NCBI GenBank assembly: GCA_965612785.1
Contig: CBFDTC010000002.1
Location: 978-24,977, forward strand
Direction: 5' to 3'
Length of the DNA stretch: 24,000 bases
Source of the DNA: Candidatus Bathyarchaeota archaeon
GTDB lineage: Archaea; Thermoproteota; Bathyarchaeia; TCS64; CBFDTC01
Numbering within the stretch: position 1 is the stretch's first letter; every line of letters starts with the position of its first letter. Shown piece by piece: positions 5,767-14,140 of the stretch. The notes beneath the pieces were generated by a model that was given only the letters and a program-made list of their open reading frames with translations, was not told where the DNA came from and made no database searches. The position numbers and the translations under genes are program-made.

Positions 5767-6689
5767 GAGAGGTCAAGCCAATCCGAGTCAAGCCTGGAAT
5801 GTCCGTCAGGGAACTCGTCGAGGAGATGGAACGCTCAGGAGTACTCGGAGCCGGCAGGGTCGCCAAGGCTTCTCGCATAGTCGCCGAGATGTTCTCAGAC
5901 CGAGACTACACGGTCTTCCTTTCGATAGCCGGCCCCCTCGTCCCAGGAGGCCTCCGCAGGGTCATCTCGGACCTTATAGACATGGGTCTAGTACACGCCG
6001 TGGTGACGACGGGTGCGAACGTCACCCACGACATAATGCTCGGCATGGGCATGCCCATCCTGGTGGGCTCCCACAGGGCCGACGACAAGAGGCTTTGGAG
6101 GCGTGGGTTGAGCAGGATATACGACATGTACGTCAGGCGTGTGGACATAGAGGAGTTCGAGAGGCGTATATGGGCCATTCTCGACGAGGTTCCAGAGGAG
6201 GTTCGGAACGGTACATCCATATACAGGCTCATGTGGGAAATCGGTTCAAGACTCCCCGACGACTCTTCGATACTGAAGAAGGCGTACGAGAGAGAAGTTC
6301 CCGTGTTCTCACCCGGCCTGCTCGACTCGATGCTCGGGATGCAGCTCTGGATGTACAGCAGGCTGAAGAAGCTGGTCATAAACCCGCTCCTCGACTTCGA
6401 GAAGTTCTCGGACCTCGTGTACGAAGCCCGTAAGGCTGGTGCCATAATCCTCGGAGGCGGGACGCCGAAGCACCACGTCCTGTACATGAACACGCTCAGA
6501 GGGGGTCTTGACGCCGCTGTTCAGATAACAACCGCCACGCCTGAAGACGGAAGCCTCAGCGGCGCTCCGTTGGAGGAGGCTGTCAGCTGGGGTAAGGTTA
6601 AGACTGACAGGTTCGTGACGGTTCACGGAGATGCAACGATAATATTTCCGGTCGTCGTGGCGGCCGCCCTGGAGCTCTGCGGAGGCTGA
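5763..6689 (+). CDS. dys: Deoxyhypusine synthase
   Basis: Family-typical segments are present: GAGRVAKA, FLSIAGPLVPGGLR, VTTGANVTHD, ILGGGTPKHH, SLSGAPLEEAVSWGK. The TTG start at 5763 overlaps the aIF5A stop (TTGA). Confidence 0.9.
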   Translation: MREVKPIRVKPGMSVRELVEEMERSGVLGAGRVAKASRIVAEMFSDRDYTVFLSIAGPLVPGGLRRVISDLIDMGLVHAVVTTGANVTHDIMLGMGMPILVGSHRADDKRLWRRGLSRIYDMYVRRVDIEEFERRIWAILDEVPEEVRNGTSIYRLMWEIGSRLPDDSSILKKAYEREVPVFSPGLLDSMLGMQLWMYSRLKKLVINPLLDFEKFSDLVYEARKAGAIILGGGTPKHHVLYMNTLRGGLDAAVQITTATPEDGSLSGAPLEEAVSWGKVKTDRFVTVHGDATIIFPVVVAAALELCGG

Positions 6690-6693
6690 CGGG

Positions 6694-6984
6694 CTACTTC
6701 CTCGGAATCCTTATCTCCAGCATTCCCCTGCTGAACTTGACGACCATCCTCCTGACGTCCACGCTGACCGGTATCTCGACGAGCTTGAAGAAGCACTCTA
6801 TGCATCCCCTTCTGTGTCCCATGCCGAGGTCCGAGAACTCTACTCGACGCCTCATCCTGGCGTATATCTCAACCTGGCTCTCGCCGACGGGCCTAACCCT
6901 GAGCGACTGGGGGTCGGCGAGGGGGAGGTCGGCGGTTATCAGAACCTCATCCCTGGCGACCGTCACGTTCGTCAGAGGCTCCAT
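6694..6984 (-). CDS. Hsp20 / alpha-crystallin-domain-like small protein (start uncertain; see finding)
   Basis: It shows the ACD pattern: DEVLITADLPLADPQSLRV...VEIYA...FFKLVEIPVSVDVRRMVVKFSRGMLEIRIPRK. The first canonical start is ATG 6984. Thirty-five further in-frame sense codons upstream (to 7089) look like an sHsp N-terminal arm but contain no ATG, GTG or TTG. Confidence 0.65.
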   Translation of the reverse strand: MEPLTNVTVARDEVLITADLPLADPQSLRVRPVGESQVEIYARMRRRVEFSDLGMGHRRGCIECFFKLVEIPVSVDVRRMVVKFSRGMLEIRIPRK

Positions 6985-7097
6985 GGACTTCGACCTGACG
7001 TCCCAGCTCGGCCTCTCCTCGAGTATCTCGGATATCCTCCTCTCGAACTCCCGGAGGATCCTCCTCCTAACCTCCTCGTACAGCCTTCCTCACCCCC

Positions 7098-7859
7098 TCA
7101 GATGTATATTGGAGGCGGTATGTCCAGCTCGCGGTCGCTCTTCATCTTCATGAGCTCCTCCTGAGTCCTCTTCATCATGTCCCTGGCCCTAAGCCGTATC
7201 TCCTCTCCACGCTCTATCAACTCCGAGACCTCCACGTCCACGCCTACGAGCTTGTTTAGGACTGTTATCGTGGCCGCGGCCGCCTCGGGGTCGGGGTAGT
7301 TGAAGAACGATTCGGCGAGTATCGAGATGGAGGGGACGCCGACCTGCCTTGCGTAGGCCATGATGACGGCGTAGGGGCCTACCATGTACCCCTCCTCCAT
7401 AATCTTGACACCCGTCTCCTTCAAAAGTTTTAGTGAATCCTCGTCCGAGGCTACTGCGAACGTGGAGGGCTGCTCGATTTCCCCCCTGTTGGGAACCGCT
7501 ATGCCCCCTAGCGACACGATCATCTTTACCTTCTTCTCGGCAGCCCAGTCCACGAGGCTTCTCGACAGCGTGTAGACCGCCGTGCTTGGTATCGGAATCT
7601 CAGACAGGACTGCGAGGAGTTCGTGGTTGCCGTGTATCCTTATCGGGGCGTGTGGAAGCCCTCCGTGTAGGACGGTTATGGGGGGCAGCAGCGGGGAATC
7701 TACGTAGGCCACTTCCTGGAGCTTAAGCATCCTGACGATGTGGGAGACGGCTATGACGCCGACGAGGCCGACTCCCGGAAGCCCGTTCACCATTATGGCG
7801 CCGGGAGGCACGTCCTTCAGCTCTACTATTCTCACGGGCTTCTCCGCACGGCTGGACAT
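7098..7859 (-). CDS. PAC2-family proteasome assembly chaperone / activator (PbaB-like) with a C-terminal HbYX motif
   Basis: It has the COG1938/PAC2 layout: AIMVNGLPGVGLVGVIA near the N-terminus, GPYAVIMAYA, and a coiled C-terminal helix. The last three residues are I-Y-I, which fit hydrophobic-Tyr-X. ATG 7859 is preferred over TTG 7862. Confidence 0.8.
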   Translation of the reverse strand: MSSRAEKPVRIVELKDVPPGAIMVNGLPGVGLVGVIAVSHIVRMLKLQEVAYVDSPLLPPITVLHGGLPHAPIRIHGNHELLAVLSEIPIPSTAVYTLSRSLVDWAAEKKVKMIVSLGGIAVPNRGEIEQPSTFAVASDEDSLKLLKETGVKIMEEGYMVGPYAVIMAYARQVGVPSISILAESFFNYPDPEAAAATITVLNKLVGVDVEVSELIERGEEIRLRARDMMKRTQEELMKMKSDRELDIPPPIYI

Positions 7860-7931
7860 CAAAGGATAACAACTCGTGATAAGGACATAAGCGTTCCCAT
7901 AGCTTATTATGGTTCAAGACGGATTAGAAGG

Positions 7932-9263
7932 ATGGATATGGTCTTAGAGTCCCTCGGCTCCTCGCTGTACAACGCCCTGAAGAAGTTCATCAGAGCCTCC
8001 ACGGTGGACGAGGAGACTGTGAGGGAGCTGGTGAGGGACTTCCAGAGAGCCTTGCTCAAGGCCGACGTGAACGTCGGCTTGGTCTTGGAGCTTTCTAAAC
8101 GCATAGAGGACAGAGCTCTCAGGGAGGAGCTTCCGCCAGGCATATCCAGACGCGAACACACCATAAGGGTCGTCTACGAGGAGCTGACCAGGATACTCGG
8201 TGAGAAGCCCGCCAAGCTGGAAATCAAGCCTGGTGGAAGGAACGTCATAATGATGGTCGGCATCCAAGGCTCCGGTAAGACAACCTCGGTCGCCAAGCTC
8301 GCCAGGTACCTCCAGAAACGCGGTTACAAGGTGGCCGTAGTCTGCGCCGACACTTTCAGGCCTGGAGCCTACGCCCAGCTCAGGCAGCTGCTGGAGGGGA
8401 CGGGCATACCCGTGTACGGGGAGGAGAGGGGGGACGCGGTCTCCGTGGCGGTCAGGGGATGCGAGAAGTTCAGGGACTACGAGGTCGTAATCGTCGACAC
8501 GGCTGGGAGACACAGGGAGGAGGAGGGGCTGCTGAGGGAGATGGCTGAGATGGCTGAGGCGATAAAGCCGACGGAGATAATGCTCGTCGTGGACGCGACG
8601 ATAGGACAGCAGGCGGCCTCCCAGGCGGAGGCTTTCCACAAGGCCACGGGCATAGGCTCGATATTCCTCGCAAAGCTCGACGGCTCAGCCAGGGGCGGCG
8701 GAGCCCTCTCCGCCGTGGCGGCCACGGGGGCTCCGATAAAGTTCATAGGGACGGGGGAGAAGCTGGAGGACATAGAGCCCTTCGACCCCCCGAGGTTTGT
8801 GGGCAGGCTTCTGGGCATGGGGGACATCGAGGCCCTCGTGAGACGCGTCAGGGAGGCGGAGGTCAAGGTCTCCGAGAAGGATGTCAAGGCTTTCCTGACC
8901 GGGAAGTTCACGCTCCAGGACATGTACGAGCAGATGCTCGCCCTCAGGAAGATGGGGCCTCTGAGGAAGATACTCGGGATGATACCCGGCTTCGCCTACA
9001 ACATACCGGTGGAGGAGCTGGACGTGGCCGAGGAGAAGCTTAGGAGGTGGGGTGCGATAATACAGTCGATGACACCCGAGGAGAGGGAGAACCCCAAAAT
9101 CCTGAACGCGTCCAGGGTTAGGAGGATAGCCAGAGGCTCAGGCACCTCGGAGGCTGAGGTTAAGGAACTGGTGAAGCAGTACTTCGCAGCTAAGAAGCTC
9201 ATCAAGGCTTTGAGGGGTAAGAGGATGTTGAGGATGAGGGGTAGGCTCCCGAGGTTTGCCTGA
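7932..9263 (+). CDS. srp54: Signal recognition particle protein SRP54
   Basis: The N domain is MDMVLESLGSSLYNALKKF. The G domain has the P-loop GIQGSGKTT, plus DTAGR and AKLDGSARGGGALS. The M domain is Met-rich. The TATA-like CTTATTAT at 7903-7910 is about 26 nt upstream. The track ORF's extension back to 7740 overlaps the divergent PAC2 gene and is rejected. Confidence 0.95.
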   Translation: MDMVLESLGSSLYNALKKFIRASTVDEETVRELVRDFQRALLKADVNVGLVLELSKRIEDRALREELPPGISRREHTIRVVYEELTRILGEKPAKLEIKPGGRNVIMMVGIQGSGKTTSVAKLARYLQKRGYKVAVVCADTFRPGAYAQLRQLLEGTGIPVYGEERGDAVSVAVRGCEKFRDYEVVIVDTAGRHREEEGLLREMAEMAEAIKPTEIMLVVDATIGQQAASQAEAFHKATGIGSIFLAKLDGSARGGGALSAVAATGAPIKFIGTGEKLEDIEPFDPPRFVGRLLGMGDIEALVRRVREAEVKVSEKDVKAFLTGKFTLQDMYEQMLALRKMGPLRKILGMIPGFAYNIPVEELDVAEEKLRRWGAIIQSMTPEERENPKILNASRVRRIARGSGTSEAEVKELVKQYFAAKKLIKALRGKRMLRMRGRLPRFA

Positions 9264-9270
9264 CGTTCCG

Positions 9271-9300
9271 GTGAAAGGGTTTTTAGTGGAAGGGTTTTTC
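9271..9300 (+). terminator. Two oligo-T tracts in a tandem GAAGGGTTTTT repeat: likely the SRP54 terminator, with the first tract doubling as the L21e TATA-like box
   Basis: The sequence is GTGAAAGGGTTTTTAGTGGAAGGGTTTTTC. T5 runs lie at 9280-9284 and 9295-9299, directly after the SRP54 stop at 9263. The first run is about 25 nt upstream of the L21e ATG at 9307. Confidence 0.45.
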
Positions 9301-9306
9301 TGATAG

Positions 9307-9618
9307 ATGGACGAGGTGTTTATTGGGTTGGGCAAGAAGTCTCAGGGTTTAAGGAGGAAGAGCCGTAAGGTGCTCAGGAAATCCCCCAGGGAGAGGGGGA
9401 AGCTCGGCCTAAGTAGGACGCTCCAGACGTTCCAGGAGGGCGACAGGGTTGCCATAGACATAGACCCAAGCTTCCACCACGGCATGCCCCACCGGAGGTA
9501 CCAGGGTAAGGTTGGCATAGTCGTGGGAAGACGTGGAAGGGCTTACATACTCAAGATTCCGCAGAGGAAGACCTACAAGACCATAATAGCCCTCCCGGAG
9601 CACCTCAAGCCGGTCTGA
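9307..9618 (+). CDS. rpl21e: Ribosomal protein L21e
   Basis: SQGLRRKSRKVLRKSPRERG..LQTFQEGDRVAIDIDPSFHHGMPHRRYQGKVGIVVGRRGRAYIL..PEHLKP matches the L21e pattern. The start could instead be the in-frame GTG at 9316 or TTG at 9328. Confidence 0.9.
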   Translation: MDEVFIGLGKKSQGLRRKSRKVLRKSPRERGKLGLSRTLQTFQEGDRVAIDIDPSFHHGMPHRRYQGKVGIVVGRRGRAYILKIPQRKTYKTIIALPEHLKPV

Positions 9619-9628
9619 GGTGGAGGTC

Positions 9629-9955
9629 ATGCGTGTGGTGGACGAGGTGAAGGTTACTGTCCCAACCGTCAAGAAAATCCTCGAGGAGCTCGACTCGAAG
9701 GGCGTCGAGCTCGACCCACTCCAGAGGAGGGTTCTCGACTACGCCACGAAGTTCTCGAAGGCTCCGCCCGAGGATGCTGAGAAGGCCGTTGAGAAGCTCG
9801 TAGAGGTGGGTGTCGAGAGGGATGTGGCCATACAGATGGTGAACTGTCTTCCCAAGAGTTTGGAGGAGGTTAGGGTGTTCATAGGTAGGCATAGGATAAT
9901 TTCTGAGGAGACGCTGAAGAAGATATTGGACATAATTAAGGAGGTTTCCGGTTAA
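9629..9955 (+). CDS. rpoF: DNA-directed RNA polymerase subunit F (Rpo4)
   Basis: VTVPTVKKILEELDSKG.ELDPLQRRVLDYATKFSK..AEKAVEKLVEVGVERDVAIQMVNCLPKSLEEVRVF is typical of RpoF. ATG 9629 is preceded by the SD-like GGTGGAGG. The track start at GTG 9620 is an alternative. Confidence 0.85.
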   Translation: MRVVDEVKVTVPTVKKILEELDSKGVELDPLQRRVLDYATKFSKAPPEDAEKAVEKLVEVGVERDVAIQMVNCLPKSLEEVRVFIGRHRIISEETLKKILDIIKEVSG

Positions 9956-9960
9956 GAGCC

Positions 9961-10530
9961 TTGAAGTCGGAAGCAGAGAGAAAGAAATACGAGGAATACG
10001 CATACATACTCGACATACTCCCCCACGGTAGGCCAGGAGTCCCCAGGTACTCCACGAGGGACGGACCCCTCGTCCAGATGGTGGGGGAGAAGTACTTCAC
10101 CCTGCTGGAGGGGGTGGCCAGGAAGTTCGTCCCGATAAAAGTGGGTGAGAGGGTCTACATAGGGAAGGCCCTGAGGGAGAAGGTCAGCAGGATACTCGGC
10201 AGGGTCCGCTACGAAGACCTGACGGCCGCCGCTAAGGAGGAGCTGGAGAGGATTGTGGAGCAGATAGTCAAGGCGAACGAGGAGAGGTTTGTCAAGTTCT
10301 TCAACGAGGCCCAGCCTGTGACTCCGAAGATGCACGCCTTGGAGCTCATGCCTGGCATAGGGAAGCGTTACATGTGGCAGATCATCAGGGAGCGTGAGGC
10401 TAAGCCTTTCACCAGCTTCGACGACATAAGGAGCAGGACGAACATACCAGACCCGGTGAAGATGATTGTCAAGAGGATTCTGGAGGAGCTGATGGAGGTG
10501 GACAGGTACCGCCTGTTCACGGCTCCCTAA
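9961..10530 (+). CDS. DUF655 / COG1491 putative nucleic-acid-binding protein (conserved partner of L21e-RpoF)
   Basis: It has the N-terminal KKYEEYAYILDILPHGRP signature and a helix-hairpin-helix-like C-terminal part (LELMPGIGKRYMWQIIRER). It starts at TTG and occupies the conserved archaeal position after rpoF. Confidence 0.8.
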   Translation: MKSEAERKKYEEYAYILDILPHGRPGVPRYSTRDGPLVQMVGEKYFTLLEGVARKFVPIKVGERVYIGKALREKVSRILGRVRYEDLTAAAKEELERIVEQIVKANEERFVKFFNEAQPVTPKMHALELMPGIGKRYMWQIIREREAKPFTSFDDIRSRTNIPDPVKMIVKRILEELMEVDRYRLFTAP

Positions 10531-10565
10531 CGTTTTTAAGCCGCCCAGCCCTTTCCTTGTCGGAT

Positions 10566-11066
10566 ATGAGAGCCTCAACGTACCGAAAGATAGACAGGAT
10601 GCCCTACGTCAGGCGGGAGTACATTCCAGGGTTTCCGCCTCCGAGGATAACGAAGTTCACGATGGGAGACCCGAAGGGAGAGTACGATGTCAGGGTCTCT
10701 CTCGTGGCCCTCAAGGACTGCCAGATAAGGCACAACGCCCTGGAGGCGGCCAGGGTAGCGGCCAACAGGTACCTGAGCAAGAAGCTCGGCAAGAACTACC
10801 TGTTCAGGATACTCCCGTACCCCCACCACGTCCTCAGGGAGCACAAGCTCCTCGGAATGGCCCAGGCTGACAGGTTCCAGAAGGGCATGAAGAAGCCTTT
10901 CGGAAAGCCATTCGGAACTGCGGCGAGGGTCAGCAGGAACCAGGTTCTGGCTATCGTGGACGTCAGGAGGCAGGACCTGGAGGTTGCCAAGGAGGCTCTG
11001 AGGAGGGCTTCCTACAAGTTCCCGATTCCCTGTAGGATTGTGGCTGAGGAGATTGAGGCAGACTAA
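10566..11066 (+). CDS. rpl10e: Ribosomal protein L10e (uL16)
   Basis: MRASTYRKIDRMPYVRREYIPGFPPPRITKFTMGD and ...ILPYPHHVLREHK..GMAQADRFQKGM match the family. The TATA-like GTTTTTAAG at 10532-10540 is about 30 nt upstream of ATG 10566. Confidence 0.92.
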   Translation: MRASTYRKIDRMPYVRREYIPGFPPPRITKFTMGDPKGEYDVRVSLVALKDCQIRHNALEAARVAANRYLSKKLGKNYLFRILPYPHHVLREHKLLGMAQADRFQKGMKKPFGKPFGTAARVSRNQVLAIVDVRRQDLEVAKEALRRASYKFPIPCRIVAEEIEAD

Positions 11067-12072
11067 CCTGGAGTACGTCCTCGACCTGGATGGTCTTGTC
11101 AGGAGAGTTGTCGAGAGGGGTTTTAGGAAGGCCGTGGTACAACTTCCAGAGGGGCTGAGAACCCTCGCTCCGAAGGTTGTGGAAACCCTAAACGAACACG
11201 GCGTAGAGGCAGTGATATCCGCGGAGACCTGCTACGGAGCCTGCGACCTGGCCGTCTGGGACGCCGAGACGGTCGGGGCGGACGTCATAGTCCACGTCGG
11301 CCACAGCCCGATGGGTGTGACAGCCCCCCTACCGACCCTGTACGTGGACGTCTCCCTGAGGGGCATGGTTCGGGAGGCCGTGTCCGACGCTGTAGGGATG
11401 CTGGGGGGCTTCAGAAATGTCGGGGTTGTCTCGACGATACAGCACGTGGACCACCTCCAAGAAGCCTGCGAAGTCCTGGAGGCGGAGGGCTTCAAGCCCC
11501 TGGTCGGCGGGGTTGGATTCAGGGCATCCGTGAGGGGCCAGGTTCTCGGATGCGACTACAGGGCCGCCACGTCCATAGCCGACCGAGTGGACTGCTTCGT
11601 CATACTCTGTGGAGGGAGGTTCCACCCCGTAGGCTTGGCGGCGGCCACGGGTAAACCAGTCTTCGCGGCAAACCCCTACACGGGCAGGGCATGGGCCGTA
11701 GGAGACGAGGGTAGGAGGATGCTGGCTAAGAGGGCTGCGGCCATAGAGGAGGCCTCCGAGGCCGAGACCTTCGGCGTCCTCGTGGGGTTGAAGTTCGGTC
11801 AGACCCAGCTCAGACGTGCCTCCAGGATTGCGGAGCTCCTGAGGAGGGATGGCCGCCGCGTCTACACGTTCACGGTCGGCGAGGTGACCGCTGAGAAGTT
11901 GCTGTCCTTCGGGTGGGTTGACGCCTACGTGAACACGGCCTGTCCGAGGATAGCCTTCGACGGCCTTCCATCCCTCAGGAAGCCCCTGATAAACTACGTG
12001 GAGGCCCTCGTGATGCTGGGCGTCATGGGGTGGGATGAGGCCTGCCGTGGGGGAAGATTGTTAGAAGGGTGA
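11038..12072 (+). CDS. dph2: Diphthamide biosynthesis protein Dph2 (2-(3-amino-3-carboxypropyl)histidine synthase)
   Basis: AVVQLPEGLRTLAPKVVETL, ISAETCYGACDLA, ADVIVHVGHS and VLGCDY follow the archaeal Dph2 layout with its conserved Cys residues. The start is ambiguous (TTG 11038 or TTG 11053). Either choice overlaps the L10e 3' end. Confidence 0.85.
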   Translation: MWLRRLRQTNLEYVLDLDGLVRRVVERGFRKAVVQLPEGLRTLAPKVVETLNEHGVEAVISAETCYGACDLAVWDAETVGADVIVHVGHSPMGVTAPLPTLYVDVSLRGMVREAVSDAVGMLGGFRNVGVVSTIQHVDHLQEACEVLEAEGFKPLVGGVGFRASVRGQVLGCDYRAATSIADRVDCFVILCGGRFHPVGLAAATGKPVFAANPYTGRAWAVGDEGRRMLAKRAAAIEEASEAETFGVLVGLKFGQTQLRRASRIAELLRRDGRRVYTFTVGEVTAEKLLSFGWVDAYVNTACPRIAFDGLPSLRKPLINYVEALVMLGVMGWDEACRGGRLLEG

Positions 12073-12668
12073 AGTTGGAGAGGGCGATAGCGGGGCTTAA
12101 GCCCCATCCCCAGCCCAAGGTTTGGCTCGAGCAGTACACCATACCTCCGGACGTGGCGTCGGAGCTCCTTTTCACGGCCACGTACATCTACGGAGACATA
12201 CCAGGCAGGACGGTCATAGACCTTGGGTGCGGGACAGGTAGGCTGACCATAGGGGCCGCCATGCTCGGAGCAGATCTAGCGGTCGGGGTGGACGTAGACC
12301 CAGTTGCGATTCGGGTTGCTGTGGAGAACTCGGAGCTTGCATCCGTCTCGGACAGGGTTAGGTTCGTCGTGGCGGACATATCTGCTGTTAGAGGACGCTT
12401 CGACTGTGTCTTGATGAACCCCCCTTTCGGCGTCAGGAGGAGGCACATGGACGTGGAGTTTCTCAGGAAGGCCGTCCAGCTCTCGGACACCGTTTACTCG
12501 ATACACAAGGCGTCCACGATACGCTACGTGTCCAGGTGGCTCGGGAGCCGGGGATGGAGGGTGGACGCAGCCCTCGGCATGAAGCTGAGGATACCGAAGA
12601 TGTTCAGGTTCCACGAGAAGAGGTTTCACTCCGTGGACGTGGCCATCATAAGGGCCGTGAGGGAGTAA
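12069..12668 (+). CDS. SAM-dependent methyltransferase, COG2263 / METTL5-like (putative rRNA N6-adenine methylase)
   Basis: Motif I is VIDLGCGTGRL and motif IV is LMNPPFG. The N-terminal segment LEQYTIPPDVASELL is characteristic of COG2263. The GTG start overlaps the Dph2 stop (GTGA). Confidence 0.8.
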   Translation: MKLERAIAGLKPHPQPKVWLEQYTIPPDVASELLFTATYIYGDIPGRTVIDLGCGTGRLTIGAAMLGADLAVGVDVDPVAIRVAVENSELASVSDRVRFVVADISAVRGRFDCVLMNPPFGVRRRHMDVEFLRKAVQLSDTVYSIHKASTIRYVSRWLGSRGWRVDAALGMKLRIPKMFRFHEKRFHSVDVAIIRAVRE

Positions 12669-12696
12669 CTTTTAACCATGCCGGAGCAGGCTATTC

Positions 12697-13266
12697 ATGG
12701 TGTCCTCCGTGGCCAAGGGGCTGAAAGACAGGATCGGTATGTTCGTCCTACCCGGCGACGAGGTCGGGATAATAGAGGAATTCAGGTGTGGGAGAGGCAC
12801 GTACGTCGAGAGGGCTGTGATAAGGTCTAAGATAATAGGTTCGCTCCTGGTGAACCCCAAGACCAGGAAGGCGTTCATATACCCGAGGGTGAGAATACCA
12901 GCCTTCCCAAGAAGGGGAAAACGGGTCTTAGCCGAGGTCTTGGAGGTCAAGAAGAACCTCGCCATCGTGGACATAGTCAAACTGGGCGGAACACCCCTGA
13001 AGACAGGGTTCCTGGCAGTACTCCACCTTCCCGAGGGGTGGAGAGGTAAGCCCGTGGCCGTCGGGGACCTGGTCAGGGCGAGGATAGTGAACACGAGGAA
13101 CGGCGCCATACAGCTACTCATGGACAGGCCCAACCTGGGCGTCGTCTACGCGTTCTGCTCCAAGTGTGGGGAGGCCCTCAAAAAAGTCGGGGATGTTTTG
13201 AAGTGCCCGTTGTGTGGAAACGTTGAAAACAGGAAAGTGGCAGTAAAATACGGTGTGGGGCTCTGA
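12697..13266 (+). CDS. csl4: Exosome complex RNA-binding subunit Csl4
   Basis: It has an N-terminal VLPGDEVG, an S1-like central domain, and a C-terminal zinc ribbon CSKCGEALKKVGDVLKCPLCG. The TATA-like ACTTTTAACC at 12668-12677 is about 25 nt upstream of the ATG. Confidence 0.85.
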   Translation: MVSSVAKGLKDRIGMFVLPGDEVGIIEEFRCGRGTYVERAVIRSKIIGSLLVNPKTRKAFIYPRVRIPAFPRRGKRVLAEVLEVKKNLAIVDIVKLGGTPLKTGFLAVLHLPEGWRGKPVAVGDLVRARIVNTRNGAIQLLMDRPNLGVVYAFCSKCGEALKKVGDVLKCPLCGNVENRKVAVKYGVGL

Positions 13267-13267
13267 G

Positions 13268-13570
13268 ATGAACGTGAAGGTCCTGGAGAGAAGTGAGAAG
13301 TCGCTGAAGATAGAGGTCTCGGGAGACGGACACAGCCTGTGCAACCTGATACAGGAGGGACTACTCGAAGACCCTTCCGTTGAAATAGCCGGATACCACA
13401 GGGTCCACCCCCTCTCAGATAGGTTCGTCATATACGTGAGGGTTAAGGAGGGAGACCCCGACGAAGCCGTTCTCAGAGCCGTCGAGAGGGTTAGGAAACG
13501 CCTCACGGAGCTCCGATCCATCGTGGGGGAGGCCTTAGGCGGTGGGGAGGACACGGATAAGGGAAGTTAA
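13268..13570 (+). CDS. rpoL: DNA-directed RNA polymerase subunit L (Rpo11)
   Basis: MNVKVLERSEKSLKIEVSGDGHSLCNLIQEGLLEDPSVEIAGYHRVHPL..FVIYVRV fits the family. The ATG is 2 nt after the Csl4 stop. The track's GTG at 13253 is rejected. Confidence 0.88.
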   Translation: MNVKVLERSEKSLKIEVSGDGHSLCNLIQEGLLEDPSVEIAGYHRVHPLSDRFVIYVRVKEGDPDEAVLRAVERVRKRLTELRSIVGEALGGGEDTDKGS

Positions 13571-14132
13571 GGACGAGATAAGGGTCCTCGGGGTGGACGA
13601 CGGAAGGTTTAAGCCAAGGCGCTCCAGACACGTGGACCTCATCGGGGTCGTCTTCAGGGGTGGGATGTGGCTGGAGGGCGTCCTGAGGTCGAGGATAGAG
13701 GTCGACGGCATGGACGCCACGGACAGGATAATCGAGATGGTCAAGTCCTCTCCACACTACGGCCAGCTCAGGGTGATCATGCTCAGCGGCATAACGTTCG
13801 GGGGGTTCAACGTCGTGGATGTTAGGAGGCTGTACGAGGAGACGGGCCTACCGGTAATAGTGGTCAGCGAAAGGATGCCCGACATGGACAGGATAAGGGA
13901 GGCCTTGAAGAACCTTCCGGAGTGGGAGGAGAGGTGGAGGCTGATACGTGGAGCTGGCGAGATGTTCGAGGTTGAGGTTGTGGAGGGCTCTAAGCCGATA
14001 TACGTTCAGGCCGTGGGGATACCCAAGGAAAAAGCCGTCGAAGTGGTCAGGAAGACGTGTGTCAGGGGTAGGGTTCCAGAGCCCATTAGAGTCGCCCATT
14101 TAATATCTTCGGCCATATCTGAGGCCAGTTAG
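13542..14132 (+). CDS. DUF99 / UPF0215 family protein (EndoV-like fold; conserved neighbour of csl4 and rpoL)
   Basis: IRVLGVDDGRF...LIGVVFRGG.WLEGVL...VDGMDATD...LRVIMLSGITFGGFNVVD...GLPVIVV is the DUF99 signature. The GTG start overlaps the rpoL 3' end by 29 nt. Confidence 0.8.
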   Translation: MGRTRIREVKDEIRVLGVDDGRFKPRRSRHVDLIGVVFRGGMWLEGVLRSRIEVDGMDATDRIIEMVKSSPHYGQLRVIMLSGITFGGFNVVDVRRLYEETGLPVIVVSERMPDMDRIREALKNLPEWEERWRLIRGAGEMFEVEVVEGSKPIYVQAVGIPKEKAVEVVRKTCVRGRVPEPIRVAHLISSAISEAS

Positions 14133-14140
14133 CATCGTAC

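Noticed and set aside
7740-7931. N-terminal 64-aa extension of the SRP54 track ORF
   Set aside because: It overlaps the divergent PAC2 gene and promoter region. The canonical SRP54 N-domain begins at MDMVLESLG (7932), with a TATA-like box about 26 nt upstream.
7944-8923. Minus-strand ORFs of 231 aa and 148 aa inside srp54
   Set aside because: These are antisense shadow ORFs with no motifs. The region is fully explained by SRP54.
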